From contig JAYWIR010000087.1 in the NCBI GenBank assembly GCA_036172245.1, forward strand, positions 62,001 to 126,000: a DNA stretch of 64,000 nucleotides. The letters are read 5' to 3'. This DNA is from Raillietiella orientalis (lineage: Eukaryota). Made by a program: the position numbers and the translations under genes. Below are positions 1 to 9,864 of this stretch, one piece after another. Position 1 is the first letter of the stretch, and each line of letters opens with the position of its first letter. The notes beneath the pieces were generated by a model. That model searched no databases and was not told the DNA's origin. It was given only the letters and a program-made list of their open reading frames with translations.

Positions 1-1501
1 GCGCTCCCGGAAACGATGCTTCGCTGCCTATTACAGTGTAATGCACAATGTAAAAAGAGCAGCACATCTTGTTTCCACTTTAAGGGGAACACGGAGCTGT
101 CCAAACAAACGGGGGGAACCACTATCTCTCAGGGGGGCACACTTAAATATTCGCTCCACCGAAGTATACCCTTCGCCCGATTCGGAGGAGCGGCGGCTTA
201 CACCAGCTCCTTTGTCGTCCAACTGCCGAGGAGCTTACTGACTGCCGCCATTTTGCAGGAGAACTCCCATTCCGCCGGTAGACAACCGTGGTTGCTTGCA
301 CTGAGGGCAGACAGCGCTGCGGCGAGTATTGTGGCGGGCAGACGATCCGACAACTTCTTGTCCTGCATGACTTCGTCCATTCGATGACTGAGGAGAAGTC
401 GCAGGCGCCGAAGTTCTTCCGGGCGCGTTCCTTTGGAAGCTGCCTACGATGAAAAACATTCCTGCCGCCATGCATTAATGTTCATAAGGCGGCAGGAGAT
501 CCAGCTTTGGGCTCCCAGTTGTGACGACAGCTGCCTCAGCGGGAAGCCAAACCCTATTCTGGTGTGCCGAAAGTGGGGTAGCAACGACAGCAGTCCCTCG
601 CTTCCCGTGCAGCGCCTCAGTATAAGGCGTGCGGGTAAGTACCACGGCGTTCACTACTGTTTGGCACAGAGGCGCAGTATCCGAAACTGGACCTGCAGTT
701 CGATGCTGTTTAAGTCGAGGATGCCCAAGCCTGCATCCTGACGCGCCGCCACCAAGTCTTTAAGTCTTACGCGGGATCTTGCAGCGCCCCGCAACGCTTT
801 GCGTAAAAGGCGCTGCGCCTAGACTTTGACTTCCTGGGGAGTGGACAAACAAAATACAGGGGGCGGAAGAGGGGGGCAACGTAGGTGTTCCAGATGCAGA
901 CCCGTTCCGGCAAGACGAACTCGCCTTCTGAAAACGGGCCAAGTGCACGCTCTGCCTTCCGAAGGCAGTCCGACCACTCTTCTGTGATGCAGAAGTCGCC
1001 CAACGGCACGCCAAGGTACCTGAGGTACCTGCCCGTGGAAATGCCTAGGTCGATCTAGTCGAACTGCCCTTCCCACGTCGCACCTACCGGAACAACCATA
1101 CACTTACTCCTGTTAACGCTCACGCCCGCACCGAGACGAATCAACTCAAAGTCTTCAAGCGATGTTGCCGGGGTGGACATGGGCAACAGGAGAAGCAGGT
1201 CGTTGGCATAGGCTGCCACGGCCGGCGTACCTGGACAGGATCTCGGCAGGTTGGCTAGCGTCAGCCTGTAAGCCTCCAGCACCAATTCAAAATAGATGCT
1301 GAAGAGCAGCGGGCTTCAGCTATCACCCTGCCCAATTCCTCGTCGTACCGGCACTCCATACACGCGACAGCCACTGAAAACAATGGATGTAATCGCATAG
1401 CGCCAGCAGGAGCGCAAGTTCGCCAACATGGATGTCGGGAGATTCAGACGTTCCAAAAGCTCAAGAAGAAGCTTTTGGTTCACGCAATCGAAAGCTTTGC
1501 G
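1..1501 (-). mobile_element. Decayed L1/Tx1-type LINE ORF2 fragment (family B), RT motif A through thumb and downstream region
   Basis: Minus-strand frames give RKAFDCVNQ, RRGIGQGDS, AAYANDLLLL (degenerate YADD) and WNTYVAPLFRP, broken by stops and frameshifts. Runs off the window start. Confidence 0.9.
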
Positions 1502-2264
1502 CCCTTGCGGTCGCAATTAACTTGCGGAAAGCATTCGATTGCGTCCACTAGAATCTTCTTCTGGTGCTTCTGGAACGCTTGGGCTTCCTGGCCTCTTTAG
1601 TGGCCTATCTGCGCTCCTGCTGCCGCGACGCGCTCATCAACGTTACTTTCAGCGGGCAGTCCGTGTACGGCGTGCCGTTTCGGCGTGGGATACGGCAAAG
1701 AGACAGCCTGAGCCCCTTGCTCTTCAGTACGTACTTTGAGTTGGTACTGAGAGCGTACAGGGGATCTCTGGCGCACCTGCCGCACGATTGTGCCAGTACG
1801 CCGGCCGTTTCAGCGTACGCGGACGACATTCTGCTGCTGCTCCCTATGTCCACCCCGGCTGCGGCGGTCGAGGAGTTCTTCGACCTGCTGCATCGGGGAA
1901 CCGGACTTACGGGGAACAGGGTGAAGTCGTCCGTGATGCCAGTTGGTGCGGCGTGGGCAGGGCAGCAGGACTGGGTCCGTTTGGGGATCCCCACAGAGAG
2001 GTAATTCCAGTACCTTGGTGTGCTGTTGGGAGACTACTCCCCTGCGGAAGCGTGGTCCTGCTGCCTCCAAAAAGTAGAGACGGCGATCGGCCCGTTCCGA
2101 GGCGGCAGGTGTTTGCTGCCTGAACGGGCCGCGGTTTGGAACACGTTCGCGGCTCCTCTCGTCCGCCCCCTGCTTTTTGTTTGCCTCCCCACAGAGAGGA
2201 TTAAAAAGTGGACAAAGGACCTCCTCCGTATCGCAGTAGCATTGGATTTCCATAAAGCATTCGA
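1502..2264 (+). mobile_element. Decayed family B LINE RT fragment
   Basis: AVAINLRKAFDCV, RRGIRQRDSLSPLLF, SAYADDILLLL, FQYLGV. At about 2233 it jumps to a second AVALDFHKAFD segment. Confidence 0.9.
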
Positions 2265-3904
2265 TTTTCACCCGGATTTCGCCTGGGCGTTTATTATAAA
2301 ATAAACATTTAGGAAGACGTGCATTGGCTGGACCATTGCTGCAGCCACGCACGAAGAAACAGAGCCTGCCGAGTCAAAAATTCGCAGACCGCTACGGTCC
2401 ACTACGGCAGCAGGGGGAAGGGTGGAAAACAAAAAAAAAAAACAAAAAGAAAAGAAAAAACTGGAAGGGTACGGGAAGGTATCACAGTTGCTGGTGTGGC
2501 CGTTGCATCCTTTGCAGTATACCGGCAAGCTCTTGCTACCTGCTTAGATCTAGGTGGAACCATCGCGATGCCCTCCTTAGGAACTGGGTAGCTGGCTGGA
2601 TGGCACCCTGGTCGTGTGGTCCTCCCGTAGCCTTGCTCCAGGCTACGACCATCCCGCGAAGGCAGCACAGAGCTGCTAACGAGGCCGCTGGCCGAAGGGC
2701 GTCTGCAACGAAGAGGGCTTTCAGTGCGTTCCTGGGGTCGCCGCAGGGGATTCCGATGGCCGCGGCAAAGCGAAACCAAAGGGGCCGAAGGGCAACACAA
2801 TCCACTAGCAGGTGGGGGAGGGACTCCGGTTTCCCACACCTGACGCAATTGGGGTCCACCGCTCCCCAGGTCCAGTGGTGTCGGCGGGCGTTGCAGGGGA
2901 GTCCCCAGTGCTGCAACAGGAGAGCCGACTGCTGCCGTTTTAAGTGGAGGGTGGAAGTGTTAATGAGCACCGGGGGCCACTTCAGATGTTCAATGGCGAT
3001 TGTGCAGAACCTTCTCGCCAGTACAGGGTGCCACCCGCGCGCTGTTCAATTTCGGCAACTTCCGCATCGGAGATGTAATGCATCTCTTGAAGGGTCGCCA
3101 AGTCGAAGTGTCGCAGGGTGTCTGACACGCCGCGTCTCTATCCGTCCCTGCGCAGCCCGTTGACGTTCCAACAGGCTACTCTGAACCGACGAAGAGAGGC
3201 GACTTCCTGCATTAAGGCTGGGAAGGTGAGCACAGGTTTCTCGCCTTGTCCGGTGACTGGTCACGAGACAGACCGGTCGATCTCAGAGACTGGACATCTC
3301 CATTCGAAGCTGCCCTACTTTTTGATGGAAGCTGAGAGGTGCGACCCATTCCCTCCTCTTTGTTCTCCAGCAACAGTTCCTCTTCGGCAACAACTCGTTT
3401 GCGGGTCTTCGGAAGGCAGTTGCGCGGTTTCGGGCGGGTTACGGGCTGTGTGTTCATTCTGGCGTACTCTGAATCGGAATCCGACAGTCGAGCGCTATCC
3501 AGGTGCTGCTTCTCTTTCCCAAAATTGGGAAAATAATTTGCTGCCTGTTTCTTAGCGCTTTCTGCTATTGCGGGTGTGACTTTTGTTCTTTTAGCCGCAG
3601 CAGCAGCTTCCCGCTCCATCCGCGAGAGCACGACTGCACAGGAGGAAAGGATCGCAATCTTTTTTTCGGGATGGTTTCGCAGGTTCCTTTCGCCCACTCA
3701 CCTTCACACTGAACTGCAAGGACCTCGAGGGTTTCTCTTTAATTTTCTCCCTCACCTGCGTCCAGCCGTCTTCCATCGCGTCGCAGTTCTTTTTGCCATT
3801 TTCAGATGGAGCTGCACCCGCGGATGTAAGAGGAGTTGGCTTGGCTGCCTCTTATGGTGCTGCCTCCGCGCATACGAAAGCCGCGACTCCTTCGGCGATC
3901 GCGA
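2265..3904 (-). mobile_element. 3' part of an antisense family B LINE: ORF1 C-terminus, APE N-terminus, ORF2 C-terminal CCHC finger, 3' UTR
   Basis: ORF1 tail stops at 3212. ORF2 begins MQEVASLRRFRVACWNVNGL...LATLQEMH, then jumps at about 3005 to CVRCGKPESLPHLLVDC. The 3' end AATAAACGCCCAGGCGAAATCCGGGTGAAAA lies at about 2265-2295. Confidence 0.85.
3893..3904 (+). repeat. Left target-site duplication of the U4-LINE tandem (CGGCGATCGCGA)
   Basis: Exact 12-mer repeated at 15323-15334, just after the A-tail of copy 2. The flanks on both sides belong to a minus-strand LINE ORF1. Confidence 0.85.
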
Positions 3905-3905
3905 G

Positions 3906-4045
3906 AGCCTTGCGCACGGGCGGTATCGCCGCCGCTGAACTTTAGGGAGGCGCGATTATTGCTAGTTGAAAACTATACCCAATACCCCGCCAAGGCAGTG
4001 ACTAACCATACTGCCGCGGCAATTTTTGAGTGCCCCAAGAGGGCA
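3906..4045 (+). ncRNA. U4: Full-length U4 snRNA-like sequence (140 nt) forming the 5' leader of LINE copy 1
   Basis: AGCCTTGCGCA start, TATCG..GCC..TGA..GAGGCGCGAT 5' stem-loop/kink-turn, TTATTGCTAGTTGAAAACT U6-pairing region, CCAATACCCCGCC, hairpin GGCAGT/ACTGCC, Sm site AATTTTTGA (4021-4029), terminal hairpin TGCCC/GGGCA. Colinear with the U4 consensus as I recall it. Confidence 0.93.
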
Positions 4046-4168
4046 AGTGTGTGAAGAAAAACAAGTGTGGACATAGTGCAACCGGGGACCATCTTCAGCA
4101 CCAGGAGCACCGAGGAGTCCGCGGTGGAAGACCTGCAGTCGTCCCGAGCAGCAAGACCAGCTGCCAGG

Positions 4169-5959
4169 ATGCAGGCACCGAGAGTGGAGAGGCCGTCGAC
4201 CCCCATGGAAACCATGGAGGTAACGTATGGCAACGGCGAGGAGGTGGAGGCGGCGGCGACGCCGAGGATCGCGCCCGCGGCGGGCTTTGCTGCGCCGACG
4301 GCGGCGATGCCAAGGGTCACGCCCGCGGTGGCGACGGTGGAGGTCGTGCCCGCGGCGGCGACGCCGAGGATCGCGCCCGCGGCGGCAACGGCCGCGCCTG
4401 CGGCGGCGATGCCGAGGGTCCCGCCCGCGGCGGCGGCGGCGGCAACATCGAGGGTTGCGCCCGCGGCGGCGTCCCAGGCGGGACCCGCGGGCGTCCACGC
4501 GGCGAAGGGCGCGCAAGATGCGGCGCCATCTTGCTCGGCTGCGGCATCTCAGCCGTTCTCCTACGCGTCGGTGGCGGCGGGGCAGGTCAGTGTCCACCCG
4601 CCAAGGAAGTTTGGAAAGCCCCTAAGGGGGAAAGTAGAAAGGGTGGACCGTCCGGTTGTCCAGTTAGGCCCGGAGGTAAAACCCATTATGTTTCGCACGG
4701 GGCTGATAAAGTTCAGCAACATTAGGGAAGTTTATCTGTCCCTAGATAAAACGGATTTGGACTTCGATCGCATTCAGGCGATCATTCCAAATAATTCAGG
4801 ATTCACAGTCTTTACAGACTGTGAAAACATCAGGGAGAGGTTGATCCAGAAAGGGATCAACATCCAAGGGAGGATGATCTGTGGTGTCGGCGAGATGCCG
4901 TACACCACGGTGTACATGAGCGGTATTTCCATTTACACGCCACAACTAACAATGTGGAAATACCTTGAACAGTTTGGAGAAGTTCTCGACCTCGAATTCG
5001 AGAACTTCTCTGGAAAAATCTTTTCCGGCGACATGATCGCCAAGATAAAGCTGAAGGAAGGAGCGCAGATTCCCGGGATAGCCGTCATTGACGAACCATC
5101 CCACTGCGTAAATGTACGCTACCGGCAGCAACCGGTATTTTGCACCGTGTGCAAGCAGTTCGGCCATAGGGCCGGCGCTTGCCCTACATCGAGATGCTAC
5201 CGCTGCGGCAAGATTGGGCATCAAGTCCGAAACTGCCCGCAGCCGGAGGTTTGTTCCTTCTGCAAGAAGCACGGACACGCGAAATGGAGCTGTCCGGACT
5301 TCGCAAATTGCAGAAGGATTCGTGGACTCTCTCCCGTGAGAGAGAGGAGTGTGAGGGAGGCGGAACAGCCTCAGAAGATGGCAGGAAGGCCGAAGAAGAC
5401 GAGGGAAGTCGCCCCGGCATCGGCGGACGGCTTCATAGAAGTCGGAAAGAAGGGGAAGAGGAGGATGCTCGTCAAGGAGCAGGAAGCCTCTCTTACCCCA
5501 GAAGTAGCGGAAGAAGGCGAAAAAATGGAGAAGGTACAGGAGGAAGAGAAAGCAGCGAAAGAAGTCACTCCGGAGTCGCAGGAGGCCCTGCAGTCCACCG
5601 AGGAGTTGACGAAGCTTTCAGAAGAAGTGATGGAGGTGCAAAGCGGGCCCCAGCAGGTGCAAATCCTGAAGAAGATCTGCGATGCACAGGAAACTGTGAA
5701 CCAGGTGGTGGAGGTGGCTGAACGAGAGAAGCTGGAGGAACAGCTTCTTGAAGTGAAGGCCAACTTCTGCGCCAAGGTCGAGATAGAGGCTCTATCTCGG
5801 AAACTAATAGCGCGAGCCGAACACTCTACAGAAGAGGCGGAAATAAACGACCTCACTGGGACGGAGAGTGACGCGGCAAGCGATAAACCCGCTCCTTCTT
5901 CAACGTCTGGGAGATCACGCTCTCCCAGACAGAAGAAGCTCAGGAAGGCCAAAAAGTAG
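4169..5959 (+). CDS. LINE ORF1 nucleic-acid-binding protein with three CCHC zinc knuckles
   Basis: Open frame from 4067 (GTG); first ATG at 4169. Ala/Pro-rich N-terminus, SYASVA motif, RRM-like block (YLEQFGEVLDL), CTVCKQFGHRAGAC, CYRCGKIGHQVRNC, CSFCKKHGHAKWSC, acidic coiled-coil-like tail, basic C-terminus. Confidence 0.9.
   Translation: MQAPRVERPSTPMETMEVTYGNGEEVEAAATPRIAPAAGFAAPTAAMPRVTPAVATVEVVPAAATPRIAPAAATAAPAAAMPRVPPAAAAAATSRVAPAAASQAGPAGVHAAKGAQDAAPSCSAAASQPFSYASVAAGQVSVHPPRKFGKPLRGKVERVDRPVVQLGPEVKPIMFRTGLIKFSNIREVYLSLDKTDLDFDRIQAIIPNNSGFTVFTDCENIRERLIQKGINIQGRMICGVGEMPYTTVYMSGISIYTPQLTMWKYLEQFGEVLDLEFENFSGKIFSGDMIAKIKLKEGAQIPGIAVIDEPSHCVNVRYRQQPVFCTVCKQFGHRAGACPTSRCYRCGKIGHQVRNCPQPEVCSFCKKHGHAKWSCPDFANCRRIRGLSPVRERSVREAEQPQKMAGRPKKTREVAPASADGFIEVGKKGKRRMLVKEQEASLTPEVAEEGEKMEKVQEEEKAAKEVTPESQEALQSTEELTKLSEEVMEVQSGPQQVQILKKICDAQETVNQVVEVAEREKLEEQLLEVKANFCAKVEIEALSRKLIARAEHSTEEAEINDLTGTESDAASDKPAPSSTSGRSRSPRQKKLRKAKK
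4249..4490 (+). repeat. GC/CpG-rich coding minisatellite (AAATPRIAPAA-like units) in ORF1
   Basis: Repeated GCGGCGGCGA(C/T)GCCGAGG..CGCGCCC units. The homologous array is at about 9950-10195. Confidence 0.8.
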
Positions 5960-5971
5960 GTCTCCCCCTTT

Positions 5972-8900
5972 ATGGCCTCATACCTATCGACCGCCAGGAG
6001 GCTGAACATCGCCTCCTGGAACGTAAACGGTTTGATCGACCAGACCAAGAGGAAGAGAATCGTGCGGACCATCGCACGACAAGATATCGTCTGCCTGCAG
6101 GAGACCCACAAGATGGGTCTCGAGGTTAGTCAGCGGATGGAACGGCGTTTCAATGGGCAGATGTTTGTCAGCGAGGGAGAACGGAACACGCAGGGTGTGG
6201 CGGTCTTAATCAAGAACCATTTGGCCCCCACTATCCTAGAAGTGTTCTGTCCCTTAGCTGGACGCATCATCGGAGTGCGACTGGCCTGGTCCGCTACTGT
6301 TCACCTTATTTTGCTGAGCGTGTACGGACCACACAGGCTAAAACATCGTTGCGCGGAGTCGCTGCATGCAGCACTCCGGGAAAAGGTCGCGCCCAAGGAC
6401 GTCGTGATCGTCGCTGGCGATCTGAACATCCTGGACGAGATTACACATTCCCAGGACGCCAGAGGAAGGTCGGCGTATCGTCGGCCATCCGACGAGTTCG
6501 GATTGTTGTGGCGAACAGCAAGCCACAAGCCGATCGATCACGTCCTCCATAGCACGGAATTAGGGAATCGTATTCTGGGTTTTCGCGACATACCCACCAC
6601 CCTGTCCGATCACCCGCTGGTGCGTTTGTCCCTAAGGACGGAGAATCCTCGGCGAAAGCAAGGCACCAGGGCAGCGCTCATCAGCATGCCCGTCTGGTTC
6701 GAAACACATCCTGGACATCAGGAGGTCCTAGAGGCGATTCTCACAGCGACTACAATTCGAAGAGTCGCCGACTGGGACAGCCTGAAACACAGGATACACC
6801 TGTTTGCGAATATGCAGTTTGGCGATAGACGATTGAGGCAGGAAGCATACCGGGAGCTGAACATCAAAGATCGCTCACTCTCCAAGTATTTCGAGGAATA
6901 CGAGAGTCGGTATGTCTTCCATAATGTAAAAGGGGAAGTCGGCGTGCTGGAGAAGAGGAATCTGGCAACAGATATCTTCTGCATCCAGTACGCCGATCAA
7001 AGTCGGCACACGTCTGAAGATATTGTAGATGCCTTCGAAAGGCACTATACGGAACATTTTCGACGCGAACACCTGTGTTTGACTGCACAAAACACCTTCC
7101 TGGGCTATTTGGAAAAGAAGATTGACGACCTCCAGCGGAAGAGACTGGAGGAGGATATTACTGAAGAAGAGGTGAAGACTGCGTTCGGTCAATTACGCAA
7201 GGATGTGGCAGCAGGCCCTGATGATGTTCCCATCTCTCATTATCAGAGGTATCTGCATGCCTACCTGCGTTTATTCCACCAGTTGACCCTCTGCATCCGA
7301 CAAGAAGGACGACTGCCGGAGTCCTTCTACGAGAGCAGGACGAGATTATTGCCGAAAGGGGGCGATCTGTCTAGGATAGCACAATGGAGGCCAATCTCGA
7401 TCCTTAACTCGGATGCCAAGTGGTTGGCAAAGATCTGGGCCAACCGCTTAGGCAAAGTAATGTCGAGGCTAATATCTCCTGTCCAGACGTGTGCGGTACC
7501 CGGACGTCACATGCTGGACAATGTCAAGTGCGCGCAGGCTATCGTGGGACTCAGCCGATACGTCGGAGAGAACCTGGTGCTTGCGTTCACTGACATGGAG
7601 AAAGCCTTCGACACCGTCGATCACGGGATGCTGCTGAAGATTCTGGAAAAGCTGGGACTCCCAGAATACTTCAGCATCTTCGTGCGAATGATCCTCCGGA
7701 ATCAACGCTTCCGGATAAAGATCAACGGAGTGGAAACGGCAGTCATTCGGATGGAGCGAGGAGTTCGGCAGGGCGACTCGCTAAGTCCGATGCTGTTCGT
7801 TATCTACATGGAGGCGCTCTCTTCTTTCGTCGAGAAGAACGGACGGATGAAAGGAGTAGAGGTAGACAACCAGAAGCTCACCCATCTAGCATACGCGGAC
7901 GATCTCCTCTTCTTCATAAGAGGAAAGAGGGATCAAGAAACGTTCCTGGACGTGGTGGGCCTTATGAAAGATGGATTGGGCTTAAAAATCAACGCCCAGA
8001 AAAGCCAGCTTTTGCCCGTCGGAATACTGGACCTCTCCACACTCATGGGGAGTGGTTTCCGTACGGTAGATACGGCTAAGTACCTGGGAATCCACATAGG
8101 CGACGACTCTGCGTCGAAGCTGCTGTGGACCGAAATCCTGGGGAAACGGCCAACGAAGCAGCAAAATACACTCGAGAGGACTTTGGGATGAAGCGAAGGG
8201 CCAACCTCTGGAACGGAGTACTCCTTCCAAAGGTACTCTTTGGAGCGGCTTTCGCTAGAATGAACAAAGAAACCTCGAGAGAAGTAGAGAAGCTGCAACG
8301 AAAAACACTGTGGGGCCACTATCGCCCAAGAGTCCGTTTAAAACCCCTGTGTCGTCCCAGGGAAGAGGGCGGTTCCGGGATGAAGTCGCCTGCACACTCC
8401 ATGGAAATCATGGATACGCGACACATACTGGACATAGCCTCCCGCTGGGATGACTGGCCGTATGCAGCACACAGGGCCTACGCGTTGTTGCTAAACAACT
8501 CGAAAGGCCTTATGACTGCGCTGCTAGGCCGAGCAGGAGAGTGGATGTCCATCGACCCAACCTGGAGGAGGAAGCAACGGCTGGTGCGCAAGCACAAAAT
8601 CAAGATCGTGCCGCGAAGCAGGGAACTCTGGCAGGAGGAATCCATCCTGGTGATCCCCTGGATGCTTCCGGTCCCTTCGGACACGAGAAGCTGGATCTAC
8701 CGGCGGCCCGGAGTTACCCTGCAACGAATCCAGGAGTGGAGAAGAGGAGGTTACCTACATCATACTCGTATACTTCGGTATATAGAGATGATGTTAGGAA
8801 GGTACACCCATATGACCCGTGAGGTGTGGATCAACCACAACGATCTCGCGTGGTCTAGGGTAACCAAAATTAACCTCAGAAGACTTATTCGTGAAGATGG

Positions 8901-9488
8901 ACAAGACATCAGTGCCCTCCAAGAAGCAGCCGAACGCTACGGGAGCGATCGCATCAACCTGCTAGCGATTGGCACCACGCTCTGGAGGAGTGACCTTCCG
9001 CCGAAGACCCAGGACGACCTCCTGATGTTTTACCATGGAGGAATCCAAAGTGGGTCTAGACTCCAGTATTTTACCGGAAGACGGGAAGATCAAGACTGCG
9101 TAGCATGTGGAGACACCGACACCAGACTTCATGTCTTGACGTGTCCCACATTGTTACACGACTGGCTGATCCTGAAAGGATCATAGGACTTACCAACAAG
9201 TCCGTTATGGAAATCCTCGCCGGGATGTTTCAGGGAGATGGTAATGTTCCCTGTTACAATCCCATGGTGAGGACGACCATAGCTCTCTTCATCACCGCCA
9301 TACTCGTGCGGTGGTGGAAGATGAGGAAAGCCAGAAGAGCCGCACCTCCGATGGAGATCCTTCAAGGACTCATCAAGAAGGAGATAGGCATCAGGATCTG
9401 TGGACGAATCCATGCCTGGACGTACCGGTTCATCCTGAAGAGGATTGAAGACGACGCCCGGGACCAAGCATCCGGAAACTCACCCTGA
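5972..9488 (+). pseudogene. LINE ORF2 (APE endonuclease, reverse transcriptase, C-terminal CCHC) with two frameshifts
   Basis: WNVNG, LQETH, VYGP, GDLN, IDH, SDH; AAGPDD, LLPKGG, WRPISILN, DMEKAFD, GVRQGDSLSP, YADD, KYLG; CVACGDTDTRLHVLTC. Split over ORFs 5972-8191, 8125-9186 and 9105-9488 (shifts near 8150 and 9178). Confidence 0.93.
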
Positions 9489-9617
9489 TAGCAGAACTTG
9501 AGAAACCCCAGAGACTTCAAAGCGGTAATACAGTGCCAGTGGTATGAATGAGATTGTAGTATGAATGTTATAAAATGAAAAATAAATTTACCCCACCCCT
9601 TGTGGGACTTGGGGAAA

Positions 9618-9738
9618 ATCGCCGCCGCTGAACGAAAGGGAGGCGTGATCATTGCTAGTTTAAAACTATACACAATACCCCGCCAAAGCAGTGTTTAAAA
9701 CCACTGCCAAGCCAATTTTTGAGTGCCCTGAGAGCGCA
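9618..9738 (+). ncRNA. U4: U4 snRNA-like sequence lacking the first 19 nt, leader of LINE copy 2
   Basis: Ungapped match to 3925-4045 with about 20 differences in 121 nt by hand count, many in loops. Sm site AATTTTTGA at 9714-9722. Confidence 0.88.
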
Positions 9739-9864
9739 AGTGTTTGAGTGAACGCCAGTGTGGAAAGAGTGCAACCGGGGACCATCATCAGCAGCAGCAG
9801 CAGCGCCGAGAAGTCCACGGTGGAAGTCCTGCAGTCGTCCCGAGCAGCGGGAACAGCTGCCAGG

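Larger units (their letters stand above)
3906..9617 (+). mobile_element. Near-intact L1/Tx1-type non-LTR retrotransposon, family A copy 1 (U4-headed)
   Basis: U4 leader, open ORF1, ORF2 with two frameshifts, 3' UTR with AATAAA (9581-9586), hairpin and short A run. Confidence 0.95.

Noticed and set aside
3840..4060. Stand-alone functional U4 snRNA gene
   Set aside because: The upstream sequence is antisense LINE ORF1 plus a TSD, with no room for an snRNA promoter. The U4 lies inside the retrotransposed unit.
3962..4725. Long Arg- or Gly-rich ORFs (also 9655-10560, 5371-6111)
   Set aside because: Alternate-frame or antisense shadows of the GC-rich ORF1 repeats and the purine-rich tail.
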